A stretch of 64,000 nucleotides of DNA from Polyangia bacterium (lineage in GTDB: Bacteria > Myxococcota_A > Polyangia > JAAYKL01): contig JBNKCR010000020.1 of assembly GCA_050287845.1 (NCBI GenBank), forward strand, positions 1-64,000, in the 5' to 3' direction. Below the pieces are notes generated by a model, which did not search any database, was not told the origin of the DNA, and saw only the letters and a program-made list of their open reading frames with translations. This document shows positions 50,330 through 60,704 of the stretch, piece after piece (the stretch's first letter is position 1; each line of letters begins with the position of its first letter). The position numbers were made by a program, and so were the translations under genes.

Positions 50330-52258
50330 CTATTCACTGTCGTCTGTGCGCCACCAGCTTTCCAGATGGTTGAAGTCCGAAATGATGGGGGCGTCGGGTA
50401 GTGAGCGGATGAATGATTTGGCGTAACGCCGGGTGTGGAGACGACTGTCGAGGATGGCGACAATGCCACGGTCGTGAGCGGTGCGGATGAGTCTGCCGAA
50501 TCCCTGTTTGAGGGAAATGGCCGCCTGAGGGACCTGGTATTCCATGAACGCGTTGCGCTGCTGTTCCGTTAAGCGGGCCACCCTGGCGGATACAACGGGA
50601 TCTGCGGGTGAGGCAAAGGGGAGTTTGTCAATCACCACCAGTCGCAGGTCATTGCCTGGAATATCCACCCCCTGCCAGAAGCTGGTGGTGGCCACCAGAA
50701 CAGATGTGGGATTACTCTGAAACTGTTCGATGAGTGAAAATTTCGGGGCATCTCCCTGGCGGAGCACCGGACCGAACCATTCCCGGGAAATGACCTCGAA
50801 AATGGTATTCATATTTCTGAATGAAGTGCACAGAATGAACGCACCGCCATCGGTGAGGGAAATCAGTTGAGCGATTTCCTTGCAGGCGTTGCCGGCGAAT
50901 CCGTCTTCTCCGGGATCGATGCGGTGGTCGGGAATGTACAGTCTGGCCTGGTTGCGGTAATTGAATGGGGCATCCAGTAGCAGCTCTTCTGTTTCGAAGT
51001 CTATTCCCAATCGGGATTTGAAAAAGCGGAAGTCGCCATCGGTGGAAAGAGTGGCACTGCAGAAGATGACCGCATCGCGCCTGAAGAGCACCTCGTTGCG
51101 AAAGTATTCGGCAATATCAATGGGGGAAGCACCCAGAATCACCGACCGCCGCCGGGTATCTGCCCAGTACACGAATCGGCGATCGTTGTGTTCCAGAATG
51201 TCACCGAGATCGGCTCTGATGGACTGGATGCGAAGGGTACAGTGGTCCACGGTTTCATCCCGGCCCTCCAGTGATTTAAGGGAGAGTTCAAACGATTCGA
51301 GCGCACTGTCCAGCTTGTGGTAGAACTGGCGGTGGGCCGCGTCAATACAGTCACTGTCGAGATTGTTTCGACCGTCCGGTCCGCGAAAGATGTCGAAGAG
51401 ATTGGACGCCAGCGACGTGGCGTTTTTCGCCTGTCTTACCCGTTCCGACTCATAAATATCGTCGCGAAATTTTGCAGCGTTCACCGCGGCGAGCGCATCG
51501 GAAATGGCCCGGTCGGTCCGGAGTGACGATACCCTGGTGCTGAAAAATTCAGTGGCAATATCTTCAATGAGGTGCGCTTCATCGAAAATGACTGTTTCAT
51601 GGTTGGGCAGGATGGCGCCTCCCTGCATCCGGGTAGCGAGATCCGCAAAGTAAAGATGGTGATTGACCACAACCAGATCGGCGGACATGGCCACCCGTCT
51701 TGCCCGGGTGACAAAGCATTCATCGAAATACGGGCATCTCGCGCCAATGCGGGTTTCCCGGGTGGAGTTGACCTCCCGCCATATGGGATCATCATCGGAC
51801 ATATCTGAAAGTTCCATGCGATCCCCGGTGTGTGTGGTGTTGGCCCAACGGGTGAGCCGGGATACGTCTGCGGATGCGTAGCCCAGGCATCTGGGGGAAT
51901 GCACAAAATGATGCAGCCGGGTTTTACACAGATAATTTTCCTGGCCTTTGAGATAGGCCGTGCGCATTTCAATGCCAAGCGCGTCCTTCAAAAATACCAG
52001 GTCCCGAAAAAAAATCTGCTCCTGCAGGTTTCTGGTGCCGGTGGAAACGATGACCCGGTTGCCATTGAGAATGGCGGGAACCAGGTATGCCAGGGTCTTT
52101 CCGGTGCCGGTGCCCGCTTCGCCGAGGAGTACACCTCCCTCATCCATTACCCGCTCCACCGCCTCTGCCAGTTGGACCTGAGAGATGCGCTTTTCGTAGC
52201 GCCCCAGTTTTTGGGCGATGGGACCGTCCTGGTCAAAGGTATTGCGTACGGTAATCAA
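50330..52258 (-). CDS. DinG/YoaA family ATP-dependent DNA helicase
   Basis: EAGTGTGKT, VVNHHL, DEAH, SATL, FWQGVD, QGFGRLIR. Confidence 0.93.
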   Translation of the reverse strand: MITVRNTFDQDGPIAQKLGRYEKRISQVQLAEAVERVMDEGGVLLGEAGTGTGKTLAYLVPAILNGNRVIVSTGTRNLQEQIFFRDLVFLKDALGIEMRTAYLKGQENYLCKTRLHHFVHSPRCLGYASADVSRLTRWANTTHTGDRMELSDMSDDDPIWREVNSTRETRIGARCPYFDECFVTRARRVAMSADLVVVNHHLYFADLATRMQGGAILPNHETVIFDEAHLIEDIATEFFSTRVSSLRTDRAISDALAAVNAAKFRDDIYESERVRQAKNATSLASNLFDIFRGPDGRNNLDSDCIDAAHRQFYHKLDSALESFELSLKSLEGRDETVDHCTLRIQSIRADLGDILEHNDRRFVYWADTRRRSVILGASPIDIAEYFRNEVLFRRDAVIFCSATLSTDGDFRFFKSRLGIDFETEELLLDAPFNYRNQARLYIPDHRIDPGEDGFAGNACKEIAQLISLTDGGAFILCTSFRNMNTIFEVISREWFGPVLRQGDAPKFSLIEQFQSNPTSVLVATTSFWQGVDIPGNDLRLVVIDKLPFASPADPVVSARVARLTEQQRNAFMEYQVPQAAISLKQGFGRLIRTAHDRGIVAILDSRLHTRRYAKSFIRSLPDAPIISDFNHLESWWRTDDSE

Positions 52259-52488
52259 AACAGAAACTTGATGGACAGGAACAGCATGACAAACAGGGTG
52301 ATGCCAAAGACCAGTGCCACTGCCGGGTCAATTTCGATGGCACGAATGATGTTTCGGGCTTTTTTAATATTTTCTTCGCTCTGAGAATCGGCGTTCAGGA
52401 CCTCTCTGGCCGTTTGAACGGCGCTGGGAAAATCTCCTTTTGCATACGCTTTGCTCGCTTCTCTGATTGGCTTCTCTGAGGCTGTCAT
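52255..52488 (-). CDS. Small protein with C-terminal TM helix
   Basis: Stop overlaps the helicase start; hydrophobic C-terminus. Confidence 0.6.
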   Translation of the reverse strand: MTASEKPIREASKAYAKGDFPSAVQTAREVLNADSQSEENIKKARNIIRAIEIDPAVALVFGITLFVMLFLSIKFLF

Positions 52489-52571
52489 GGGCCGGAGTGT
52501 ATGCAATCGTAATAAAACAGGCAAACAGTAATTGACTCGACAAGCGGCAAATGGGCCTTACATTCATTTTC

Positions 52572-53471
52572 ATGAAGATTTTGATTACAGGCGCCACAGG
52601 GTTTGTTGGCTCTGCTCTCAGCCGGCATCTGATGTCACTGAATCATGAAGTGGTGGCACTGGGGCGGCGGGAATCCTTTCCTTATGCAGAGCCTGAGTCA
52701 GGTAAGTGTCGGTATATTCGCGCCAATACCATGTTACCGGGAGGGTGGCAGCACGAAATTGGGAATGCGGACGTGATTGTCAATCTGGCGGGCGAATCCA
52801 TTCTTCAACGGTGGAGTGCGTACAAGCGGAGCCGCATGTGGAAGAGCCGTGTGTACACTACCCGAAACCTGCTTACCCATGTGCGTCCGGGACAGGCGCT
52901 GGTGAATATTTCGGCCACCGGATATTACGGCGACTGCGGCGCCATGATTCTTGATGAGGGAATGCCGGCGGGAACCGGATTTCTCAGCGAGTTATGCAAG
53001 GTCTGGGAAAACGAGGCGCTGCGGGCGACGGAAAAAGGGGTTCGCGTGGTGATTGCGCGTCTGGGTGTGGTGCTCGGAAATGGCGGGGCCCTTGAAAAAA
53101 TGCTGCCCGTATTCAGGTTGGGCATGGGCGGGCGTCTGGGCAGTGGCCATCAGTGGATGCCGTGGATTCATATGGACGATGTGACTGCAGCACTGGTGAT
53201 GATGGTGGAGAATCCGGCCATCTCCGGTATCTTCAATCTGGTGGCGCCCACGCCACTGACCAACCGTGTTTTCACCGAGTCCCTCGGCCGGATTGTCAAC
53301 CGGCCGACCCTGGCGCCGGTTCCCCGGATGGTGCTGAATATTATCTTCGGCGAGGCATCCCGGGTAATGCTGGACAGCCACCGGGCCCATCCGGTGGCGC
53401 TCCTCGAGAAGGGGTTTGTATTTCAATTTGCCAGTATCGACGCGGCCCTGTCGTCACTTGTCGCCGAGTAG
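52572..53471 (+). CDS. TIGR01777 family NAD-dependent epimerase-like protein (YfcH-like)
   Basis: ITGATGFVG, VNLAG, SATGYYG, GSGHQWMPWIH. Confidence 0.92.
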   Translation: MKILITGATGFVGSALSRHLMSLNHEVVALGRRESFPYAEPESGKCRYIRANTMLPGGWQHEIGNADVIVNLAGESILQRWSAYKRSRMWKSRVYTTRNLLTHVRPGQALVNISATGYYGDCGAMILDEGMPAGTGFLSELCKVWENEALRATEKGVRVVIARLGVVLGNGGALEKMLPVFRLGMGGRLGSGHQWMPWIHMDDVTAALVMMVENPAISGIFNLVAPTPLTNRVFTESLGRIVNRPTLAPVPRMVLNIIFGEASRVMLDSHRAHPVALLEKGFVFQFASIDAALSSLVAE

Positions 53472-53551
53472 TCCCCGCATATTGCCATAATTATCGAATT
53501 TTACAGTTTTGTTTTAAAAGAAATGACGGCGCGGAAATTCCGGATTGTATA

Positions 53552-53580
53552 TTGCGCTGTATCGCGGCAACTGCTAGAGT
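53552..53580 (+). promoter_or_regulatory. Candidate sigma-70 promoter
   Basis: TTGCGC-N17-TAGAGT with an extended -10 TG. Confidence 0.4.
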
Positions 53581-53632
53581 TCACACGCATTTTAATGAAT
53601 CATGAAGACATTTTGTGGATAGGAGACGATAC

Positions 53633-54259
53633 ATGAAAAGAAATTTGTTTAATTTCAGTATTTGGTTGGTTTTTGTCGCTCTTCTCGTGGGATGTGGCGG
53701 AAACGATGGGTACAAGAAGCTGGCTGCCGGACCGTTGCCTGATATGGGAAATTGGGACGGAGTGTATTATTCCGATGCCTATGGTCGCATGGAGTTGAGT
53801 GACAATGGGAACGGCACGATTGTTGGCCTGTATGAAGGCGAACGGTTTCACGGAAAAATCGAGGGTACCGCGGAAGGCGATTTGCTCAATTTCAAATGGA
53901 CTCAATGGAATGAGGATTTGAACGGGAAGTCCCGCGAGACCAAAGGTCAGGGATATTTCCGCTATGTAATCAAGGAAGAGGGCACAATGGAGAAGTCCCG
54001 TCCCACCCATTATATTGAGGGTGAATGGGGATACCTGGATGCCAATTCCGGAAATACATGGTCCTGTGTGAAGTTCCCGCAGAACACCAAGAAAATTCTC
54101 ACGATGGATGGAAAGAAGGCCGAAGAAGGCGAATTGAGTAATCCGTTTGGCGGCGGTTCAGCCCCCGCGACCTCTGATGATGGGGGAATGCCGGAATCCG
54201 CCGACGACGGTGGTGCGGCCGATGAGGGGACGATGGATGACGGTGCCGGACTTTTCTGA
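53633..54259 (+). CDS. Hypothetical lipoprotein with acidic tail
   Basis: LVGC lipobox; AGGAG RBS. Confidence 0.75.
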   Translation: MKRNLFNFSIWLVFVALLVGCGGNDGYKKLAAGPLPDMGNWDGVYYSDAYGRMELSDNGNGTIVGLYEGERFHGKIEGTAEGDLLNFKWTQWNEDLNGKSRETKGQGYFRYVIKEEGTMEKSRPTHYIEGEWGYLDANSGNTWSCVKFPQNTKKILTMDGKKAEEGELSNPFGGGSAPATSDDGGMPESADDGGAADEGTMDDGAGLF

Positions 54260-54280
54260 AAACAGCTGTCGCGGTTTCTG

Positions 54281-54913
54281 ATGAATTCTTCTCTGCGTGT
54301 GATTGGATTGACCGGTGGTATCGCCTCCGGAAAGAGTAGTGTATCCGCGGTGCTGCGCAATTCGGGGATTCCAGTGATGGATGCCGATAGTCTTGGTCAC
54401 CTGGTGCTGGCAAAGGATGGTGCCGCATACGCGGATGTGGTTCAAACTTTTGGAAGCGATATATTGAATTCGGATGATACCATAAACCGACAGCGGCTTG
54501 GCCAACTGGTTTTTGACAATACTGAAGAACGTCGGAAGCTGGAAGCGCTGACCCATCCGGCCATTGCGGAACTGGCCGGACGTGGCCTGAAGATGATCGC
54601 CGAGCGGGGAGAACCGCTGGCGGTCTACGAAGCGGCGTTACTGGTGGAAACCGGTATTTACGAAGGCATGGACGGGCTGATAGTGGTTTCGTGCACTCTT
54701 GAGAACCAGCTGATTCGACTCTGTGCCAGGGATCAGATGTCCAAAAAGGATGCCGCCACCCGAATCGCCTGCCAATTTCCGTTGGAAGAGAAACTGGCGG
54801 TGGCGGATTATGTTATCGAGAATAACGGTTCATATGCCGACCTTGAGGCCGCCGCCGGGCATCTGGCGACTCAGCTTCGCCAGCGATATTATCCGTCGGG
54901 AGGCCTTGTGTGA
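54281..54913 (+). CDS. coaE: Dephospho-CoA kinase
   Basis: IGLTGGIASGKS, DAD, LEALTHP, ADYVIENNG. Confidence 0.95.
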   Translation: MNSSLRVIGLTGGIASGKSSVSAVLRNSGIPVMDADSLGHLVLAKDGAAYADVVQTFGSDILNSDDTINRQRLGQLVFDNTEERRKLEALTHPAIAELAGRGLKMIAERGEPLAVYEAALLVETGIYEGMDGLIVVSCTLENQLIRLCARDQMSKKDAATRIACQFPLEEKLAVADYVIENNGSYADLEAAAGHLATQLRQRYYPSGGLV

Positions 54914-55890
54914 CGTCGTCTGACGGCACAGCGCTGGTGCTGGGGTTTCCTTCCAGTATTTCAGAAATGGTTGCCACGGAGTTGCTTGAGTCGGGAGTGG
55001 TGGTGTATCTTTTACTTCCCCAGGAATTCTTTGCCAGAGCCGCGCATCTCAAAAAACGGTTTGGCAAACAGTTGCAACTGACGGTGGGAAGGGGGGATTA
55101 TCTGGATTTTGGACTGGGTGGTCAGGATTATCTGAAAATCGCCCGACAGACAGGCACCGTATATTCGCTTTATTCTGCCGATGAACCCCGGACCGGATTG
55201 GACTTTCAATCTTCCCATGTGCGCGAGCTGGTGGAGTTCTGCAAGGTGGCGCCCGGGTTATCGCGATTGGTGCTGCTGAGTGATTTTTCCTTTGTCGGGG
55301 AATTCAACGGCGTGGTGGCGGAGCGGGATTGGGAGTTGCCGGAAACCTCACTCAGAGATAGAGAACGGGAGTTCAGAGCTGAAAAAGTGCTTTCCCGGTT
55401 CCTGTCCACCTTTCCGATTTCGATTGTGCGGGTGGGAACGCTGGTGGGCACGGTGACGTCACTGTTTCCCGCCGTGATGCTCACTCTTGGCTATCCGGAG
55501 CTGTTTTCAAGAAGTGGTGTGTTGATTTATCTGGCTGAAGTAACCTGGGCGGCGCGGCGAATCGTGGAAATTGCGTCGAAGGCCGAACCGGGACTCACAT
55601 TTCATCTGTTTCAGAAGTCCTGTGAGCCGGGAGCGCTGGGAATGGAACTGATGCAATACGCGATGGCTCAGGTGCCGAGAACCTATGATTTGCGCGCGGC
55701 GGCGAGAAGGCGGCTGAAGAACGCCGGTGAAGCCAGACGTCAGCTTGCGGCGGCTCAAATTGAGGCAAAAGTTGAAAACACCTGGACAAACAACTATTTC
55801 CGGGCGCATAATTTTTCCGCTTTGGACCAATCGTTGAACTGGCAGCCCCTGGTGGAGGCCGATGTAGAGAAGCTGACGGGTTTTCGATAA
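54910..55890 (+). CDS. Degenerate extended-SDR (male-sterility-like) protein
   Basis: LVLGFP, 'GDYLDFGL', ISIVR; lacks a YxxxK motif at the expected position. Confidence 0.55.
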   Translation: MTSSDGTALVLGFPSSISEMVATELLESGVVVYLLLPQEFFARAAHLKKRFGKQLQLTVGRGDYLDFGLGGQDYLKIARQTGTVYSLYSADEPRTGLDFQSSHVRELVEFCKVAPGLSRLVLLSDFSFVGEFNGVVAERDWELPETSLRDREREFRAEKVLSRFLSTFPISIVRVGTLVGTVTSLFPAVMLTLGYPELFSRSGVLIYLAEVTWAARRIVEIASKAEPGLTFHLFQKSCEPGALGMELMQYAMAQVPRTYDLRAAARRRLKNAGEARRQLAAAQIEAKVENTWTNNYFRAHNFSALDQSLNWQPLVEADVEKLTGFR

Positions 55891-55924
55891 GGCGGATTCC
55901 GCATTGGAAAGAGAGGGTCATTCC

Positions 55925-56389
55925 ATGACTGACGACGTATTCACCGACAGAGATACCTGGAAAGGGTACAATACTGCAACGGCGCTGGTAAACGCATATA
56001 TTCAACGGTTCGGCGAGGTGGTTTCATCGGCTACGGGTCAGGATGTGAGATTCAACCCGTTGGATGCAGATGGATTCACCAGTGTGAAACGCGGTTCCGC
56101 GACCGTGGGCATCAACGTTGTCGAGGATGCGGGTGTTCTGATTTTTGTGGCGCGTATCATGAAAACGCCCGGAGTCAGAACCGAGGAGTGCTTTCGGATG
56201 CTGCTGGAATTGAATTATACGGCAACATCGGATGCCGCTTTCGCAGTGGAAAAATCGACGGATACCATTTGCCTTCGGGCGCAGCGAAGTATTCCGGGAA
56301 TGGACTACGATGAGTTCGAGGAAATGCTCAGCAACGTGGCGACCGTGGCGGATGAGTGGGATGATCGATTACTTCAGGTTTTTTCCTGA
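55925..56389 (+). CDS. CesT/YbjN-like chaperone-fold protein
   Basis: Small acidic protein with 'FRMLLELNY...AFAV...ICLR...EFEEML..VA..ADEWDD'. Confidence 0.7.
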   Translation: MTDDVFTDRDTWKGYNTATALVNAYIQRFGEVVSSATGQDVRFNPLDADGFTSVKRGSATVGINVVEDAGVLIFVARIMKTPGVRTEECFRMLLELNYTATSDAAFAVEKSTDTICLRAQRSIPGMDYDEFEEMLSNVATVADEWDDRLLQVFS

Positions 56390-56428
56390 TAGAGGCAACA
56401 TGGGTTTGCGAAAGGGTACACCAAATTT

Positions 56429-58012
56429 ATGAGTGCCGAAAACAGGAAGCCAATTGCCAGGGGCAACTTCAGGAATACACCGTTTGCGCATATCCTTGTA
56501 TATCTGAAAAACAAGGCGCTTCATGGCACCCTGAAAATTCGGGAAGAAGCGCACGAGATACTGATTTATTTTCGTGACGGTCAGCCAGCCAGAGTGTCGA
56601 GTACCGAACCGGGAAAGCGACTGGGAGAAGTATTGGTCGAAATGGGAAAGCTGTCCACGACACAGTTGCAGGAAAGTCTGGCGGAGATGCAGCAAACCGG
56701 TGAATTGCATGGGCAGGCACTGGTGCGACTGGGATTTGTGGACGGTGCAACCCTGGTAGCGGGAATCACCGAGCAAATGACGCAGAAAATGCTCGTCGCA
56801 TTTGAGTTTTCAGAAGGCGAGTACGCTTTTTATGAAGGTGCAGATCTGATTCCGAGAGGGCCATCAGAATTGATCAATCTGAACACCTGGGCGCTTCTGA
56901 TGGCGGGAATCCGCAAGTATGGACCGGAATTGAATCTGTCGCCCTGGTTGTCTTCGCTGAAGGAAAAGTCTTTTTTCCTGAGTGACGTGGGCCAATTGCG
57001 CGAGTTCCACTTCAATTCCGGCGAGCGGATGCTGTGTCGCAAACTGCTGGAAAGCCCGCAGGATTTAATGTCTCTTCGAAAGTGGGATGCCGTGGATCGG
57101 AATGTGGTGGTGGGGACGCTGTATGTGTTGCTCATTGCCAGAATTCTGAAGGTGATCCTGCCCGAACAGGTGGAAGAAACGCGATCCATGATGCCATCTG
57201 AAACCCTGGAGTCCCTTCCCCCCCAGTCGGTCCAGATGTCATGGCCCGCTGAAATTCAGACCATGCGGGACGAAATCCAAACCCGCGCTGCCCTTGTTTC
57301 TTCGCAGACCTATTATGAAATACTGGGGGTTGAAAGCGATGCCTCCACCGCGGAAATTCGCAAGGCGTTTTTCAGACTGGCCAAATCCTATCACCCCGAT
57401 CGGGCGGCGAAACCCGGGGTGGAAGACCTTCGGGAAACACTGGCATACCTGTTTGCAAATCTGTCGGAAGCACAGAATACCCTCATCGATATTGACGCCC
57501 GGGAAAGTTACGACGCATCCCTTGCCGGTGGTCGACATGGCACCGGTGCGCATGGGACGCCGGTGGAGAGTGACGAAGAACGTCAGGTGCGGTTGGTCAT
57601 TGAGTCAGATCGGATGTACCAGAAGGCACAGGTTCTGATGCGGAAACAGAATTTTGAGGAGGCGTTGGTGATGGTGGAACAGGCGCTTTCCAATTGCCCT
57701 GAGGAGGGCGAGTACATGGCCACTCACGCCTACATTAAAATGCAACTGGGGCGCGATAGCACCGGAGATATGCTGTCGGTTTTCAGGCGCGCCATTGAAA
57801 AAAGTCCCAAATCAGAAAAATGCCACTACTATTTTGCCCATGCCCTTAAAAAGTCGGGACGAACCAACGAAGCCAAACAACATTTTAAAACCGTAGTTGA
57901 AATCAATCCCAGGAATATCGAAGCGGCTCGGGAATTACGTCTGTTTGAAATACGCGCCAGAAATACCGGAAAAAACAAGAAGCCCGGTCTCCTCGGAAAA
58001 CTGTTGAAGTAG
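56429..58012 (+). CDS. DUF4388 + J-domain + TPR protein
   Basis: GNF...PF..GTL, RLGEVLV, YYEILGV..YHPD, C-terminal TPRs. Confidence 0.88.
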   Translation: MSAENRKPIARGNFRNTPFAHILVYLKNKALHGTLKIREEAHEILIYFRDGQPARVSSTEPGKRLGEVLVEMGKLSTTQLQESLAEMQQTGELHGQALVRLGFVDGATLVAGITEQMTQKMLVAFEFSEGEYAFYEGADLIPRGPSELINLNTWALLMAGIRKYGPELNLSPWLSSLKEKSFFLSDVGQLREFHFNSGERMLCRKLLESPQDLMSLRKWDAVDRNVVVGTLYVLLIARILKVILPEQVEETRSMMPSETLESLPPQSVQMSWPAEIQTMRDEIQTRAALVSSQTYYEILGVESDASTAEIRKAFFRLAKSYHPDRAAKPGVEDLRETLAYLFANLSEAQNTLIDIDARESYDASLAGGRHGTGAHGTPVESDEERQVRLVIESDRMYQKAQVLMRKQNFEEALVMVEQALSNCPEEGEYMATHAYIKMQLGRDSTGDMLSVFRRAIEKSPKSEKCHYYFAHALKKSGRTNEAKQHFKTVVEINPRNIEAARELRLFEIRARNTGKNKKPGLLGKLLK

Positions 58013-58158
58013 GGGACGCCGAGAATGGGTTGCCCCGGTCAATGTTCTTAAACTTCCAATTGCATTATCACACCCGGGAAATGTGGATGCACACCGATTT
58101 TTTTTAATGGCAACAGTTGACACATCTGTCTGGACTCTGCGATAGTGTACCGATTGAA

Positions 58159-59130
58159 ATGAGCACCTTCTTTTTACAGCGTGGCATTCGACTGCCGGTA
58201 TCCAGACCTGAAATTCTGAACATATCAGATATTATATTGGCTCCTGTTCGTCCGCCGTCCCGGAATGGAAGCGTTGCGGTTGAAAAAAAGGTGGAGCAGT
58301 TTCTGACCGAAGAGGGCACCCATGTGGTGGTCCGACTGGGAGATGTTGACCCGTATTGTCAGGCCCAACGGGCGGAAACGATGCTGTTGCTGGAGTCGCC
58401 CGAACAGGTGCGCGAATCCCTTGCGCTGTTACACGCGCGGACTGATATGAATAAGGGCAATGTGGATCTGGTGATTGCCGCACATAAGCGGCAGGATATC
58501 GGGTACTTCGAATTTTTCGGAAGTAGTGTTCTGCGGGTGCATCATGCTCATTACCCCATGATGTCCCCGGCTTGCATTGCCAATAAAATTCTCAGAACGC
58601 CTCCTTTGCTCATGCGCGATCTGCACGTGAAAGGGATACTGGTGGTGTCGGTGGCGGAATTGCTTTCTCTGTCATCCCCCCAGCGATTGTCGGTGGTTTC
58701 GGTGATAATGCCGGACCGTGTGGTCAATGTCCGACTGCAGTATGGGGTGACCGTTCAACAGGTACTGGATGCCGTGAATGTCGATTTTCCTATTCGTACA
58801 GTGGTGATGGGAACGCCGTTGCGGGGTGTTGTCTGTGAAGATTTGAATGCGCCGGTCGCCGGAGATGCATTGACCCTTTTAGCGGAAGAGGCGGTGTGCA
58901 ACGAAAACATGCCCTGCTGCAACTGCGGCAAGTGTGTGAAGGTGTGCCCGGCGGGATTGCTTCCCGGCCTGCTATCGAAACATATTTATGCCGGACATTC
59001 TGATGAGGCCAGAAGCCTGAACGTGCATTCGTGCATTGAATGTGGCGCCTGTGCCTGGATTTGTCCCTCCGGAAGACCATTGGTGGCGTACATGAAGCTG
59101 GGCAAGGAGGGCGTTGATGGGAAAAGATGA
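58159..59130 (+). CDS. rnfC: Degenerate, shortened RnfC-like subunit
   Basis: First gene of the rnf operon; C-terminal CCNCGKCVKVCP..L.P and CIECGACAWICPS; N-terminal motifs eroded. Confidence 0.75.
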   Translation: MSTFFLQRGIRLPVSRPEILNISDIILAPVRPPSRNGSVAVEKKVEQFLTEEGTHVVVRLGDVDPYCQAQRAETMLLLESPEQVRESLALLHARTDMNKGNVDLVIAAHKRQDIGYFEFFGSSVLRVHHAHYPMMSPACIANKILRTPPLLMRDLHVKGILVVSVAELLSLSSPQRLSVVSVIMPDRVVNVRLQYGVTVQQVLDAVNVDFPIRTVVMGTPLRGVVCEDLNAPVAGDALTLLAEEAVCNENMPCCNCGKCVKVCPAGLLPGLLSKHIYAGHSDEARSLNVHSCIECGACAWICPSGRPLVAYMKLGKEGVDGKR

Positions 59131-60109
59131 ATTGACAAAAGCAGGTCGGTGGTCGCCCCCCCACATCCACAGCGGTATCAGTATTCGCAAATTGATGCTG
59201 GGGCTGGGGGTGGCTCTGTCGCCGGCGCTGGGCTTCGGCTTGTATCAGTATGGGCTTTCTGCGGCGCTGCTGATCGGGGTTTGTGTGCTGGCGTCCGTAT
59301 TGACGGAATTTGTTCTGGATACTCTGGTACACCGCAAGACAACCAAAATAACCAACTTTCATGCGCTGGTGATGGGACTGATGATGGCGGCCATGTTGCC
59401 CCCCGGCTGTCCGCTGCCCATCGCGGCCATTGGCGCGATGGTGGCCATCCTGCTGGGAAAGGCGCCCTTCGGTTCTTTTGGGGGAAGTTTTATTGCGCCC
59501 GCAATTGTTGGTATGATGGTGCTTTTTGTGTCGTGGCCGGATGCCGTGACCCAATGGCACTTTCCCGATGAGTCTGAGGCATACAACGAAAAATATGTGG
59601 CGGAAACCCCCATCGAAGCCGTGCACGCGGATCCTTCTGATGAGTACGATTATTCGCCGCTGCGGATGTTTACCGGACAAGGCAAGGTGGGGACCATCGG
59701 GGCCAGCAGCGGGTTGGCGCTTACATTGGGGGCATTGCTGCTGTTTTTCCTGCGTATTACGCGCATGTATGCCACGTTGGGTTACCTGATTGGCGTGGCC
59801 TGCGCTGCGTTTGTATTGGGGCGATTTTATCCCGAGGAACCAACGGTATGGTTTCATCTGACGACGGGGTATGCGCTGTTTGCGGCCATGTTTCTGGTGA
59901 ACGATATTCCTGCCAGTCCGGTGGGCGAGTGGGGAATGGTATGTTCGGGAATTCTGGCCGGTGCCCTGACCATTGTGCTTCGCTGGGCGGGCGTTGGATT
60001 TGGCGCGGCGCTTTTTGCGGTGGCATTTGTCAGTCTGCTGGTGCCGTTTTTCGACCGCGTCGCTGCCGGACCCACCTTTCACAACGAGGTGAATCATGAA
60101 GGAAAATAA
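59117..60109 (+). CDS. rnfD: Rnf complex subunit D
   Basis: SPPHIH, GK..FGSFG, ETP, multiple TMs; AAGGAGG RBS. Confidence 0.88.
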   Translation: MGKDELTKAGRWSPPHIHSGISIRKLMLGLGVALSPALGFGLYQYGLSAALLIGVCVLASVLTEFVLDTLVHRKTTKITNFHALVMGLMMAAMLPPGCPLPIAAIGAMVAILLGKAPFGSFGGSFIAPAIVGMMVLFVSWPDAVTQWHFPDESEAYNEKYVAETPIEAVHADPSDEYDYSPLRMFTGQGKVGTIGASSGLALTLGALLLFFLRITRMYATLGYLIGVACAAFVLGRFYPEEPTVWFHLTTGYALFAAMFLVNDIPASPVGEWGMVCSGILAGALTIVLRWAGVGFGAALFAVAFVSLLVPFFDRVAAGPTFHNEVNHEGK

Positions 60110-60704
60110 AATTCATGTCACGATTATTTTCCTCGGCGTAGTGGCGGCCATTTTCGGTGGAGCGCTGGCGTTTGTGAATGCCCATACCCGTCAGGTGATT
60201 GAAGAACGAACCTTCAATGAAACGATTTTGCCAACCCTGAACCGGGTGTTCGGCGAATACGGACCTACCAATAATTTTTTGAAAGATAAAAAAGAACAAT
60301 ATATCGGTGAAGACGCCATGGGCAGGCAATTGCGGGCCGATATTTACATGGCGAAGACAAGTGGTGAGACCGTGGCAATGGCCACCATTTTCGATGGGCG
60401 CGGATACAGCGGCTTGATTCGGGTGCTTGTGGCCGTTGATGCGAAAACCCATGAGATTGTTGCGACCAGAACCCTGCAACAGAGTGAAACCCGGGGAATT
60501 GGCGCTCGCATCGCTGTGGAGTCAGAACCGTTTGTGCTGCAGTTCCGGGGAAAACGGATGGAATCCAAGCTCAAGCTGAGCACAGAAGGGGGCGATGTGG
60601 ATGCCATGTCCGGTGCCACCATCACCAGCGGGGCATTTACCCGAACGGTAAAGGGGGCGTGCGATTTGCTGCTGAAGCAACTGAAAGAGGAGACTGAACA
60701 GTGA
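60096..60704 (+). CDS. rnfG: Rnf complex subunit G
   Basis: GYSG, ETRGIG, flavinylation motif DAMSGAT. Confidence 0.92.
   Translation: MKENKIHVTIIFLGVVAAIFGGALAFVNAHTRQVIEERTFNETILPTLNRVFGEYGPTNNFLKDKKEQYIGEDAMGRQLRADIYMAKTSGETVAMATIFDGRGYSGLIRVLVAVDAKTHEIVATRTLQQSETRGIGARIAVESEPFVLQFRGKRMESKLKLSTEGGDVDAMSGATITSGAFTRTVKGACDLLLKQLKEETEQ

Noticed and set aside
55925..56389. Type III secretion system
   Set aside because: Only a chaperone-fold protein is present; there are no injectisome genes.
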